A stretch of 64,000 nt of DNA from Paraspadella gotoi. Its lineage: Eukaryota > Animalia > Chaetognatha. Each line of letters begins with the position of its first letter. The stretch's first letter is position 1. The stretch covers positions 92,389-156,388 of the forward strand of contig JBJCIZ010000207.1 of assembly GCA_051294375.1 (NCBI GenBank), read 5' to 3'. The notes beneath the pieces are model-generated. The model ran no database searches. It was not told where the DNA came from and saw nothing but the letters and a program-made list of their open reading frames with translations. Position numbers and translations under genes: made by a program. Below are positions 63,801-64,000 of the stretch, piece after piece.

Positions 63801-64000
63801 CAACGGCGTCTTTGGATTCTACAAAAACATGGAAACGAATTTTGCGGAACGGTTATAGATAAACAAACTGATTCAAATTTTACGGCACCATTTTCGTCAC
63901 CGTCATCAAATTTTTCAACTGATTTTTCATCAAATTTTTTGCAAAAAGCATCAACTTCTGCAGCCGCTACACCATCAGAACCTGCCTTTTCTCAATCAAG
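60855..64000 (+). repeat. Rearranged duplicates of 58280-59012 (at 60855-61562) and 56020-58370 (at 61565-64000)
   Basis: Collinear high-similarity copies next to an N-gap, with many indel differences. Confidence 0.8.

Overview
AT-rich animal (invertebrate-like) genomic scaffold with five N-gaps and many 1-nt indels that may be assembly errors. The only host gene recognised is CDK8/CDK19: two minus-strand exons (32296-32463 and 16949-17171). They are joined by a 15.1-kb intron filled almost entirely by a three-level nest: a Gypsy element containing a BEL/Pao element containing a Penelope-like element with a hammerhead ribozyme. The rest of the window is repeat-derived: a second Gypsy-like element (3250-13385), MITE/TIR elements, Helentron-associated-like repeats, SINE heads, microsatellites and duplicated degenerate Gypsy integrase regions at 49.5-64 kb. 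The most striking novelty is a 538-bp non-coding mini LTR element (37087-37624) with a 4-bp TSD, PBS and PPT. Its long LTR carries a tRNA-derived Pol III promoter followed by a circularly permuted (type-P5-like) twister ribozyme, which makes it a candidate twister-based animal LTR retrozyme. Second, the BEL/Pao element lacks a tRNA PBS and instead has an 11-nt PBS complementary to its own LTR, as in Tf1-type self-priming. All calls were made by eye; no searches or folding programs were run.
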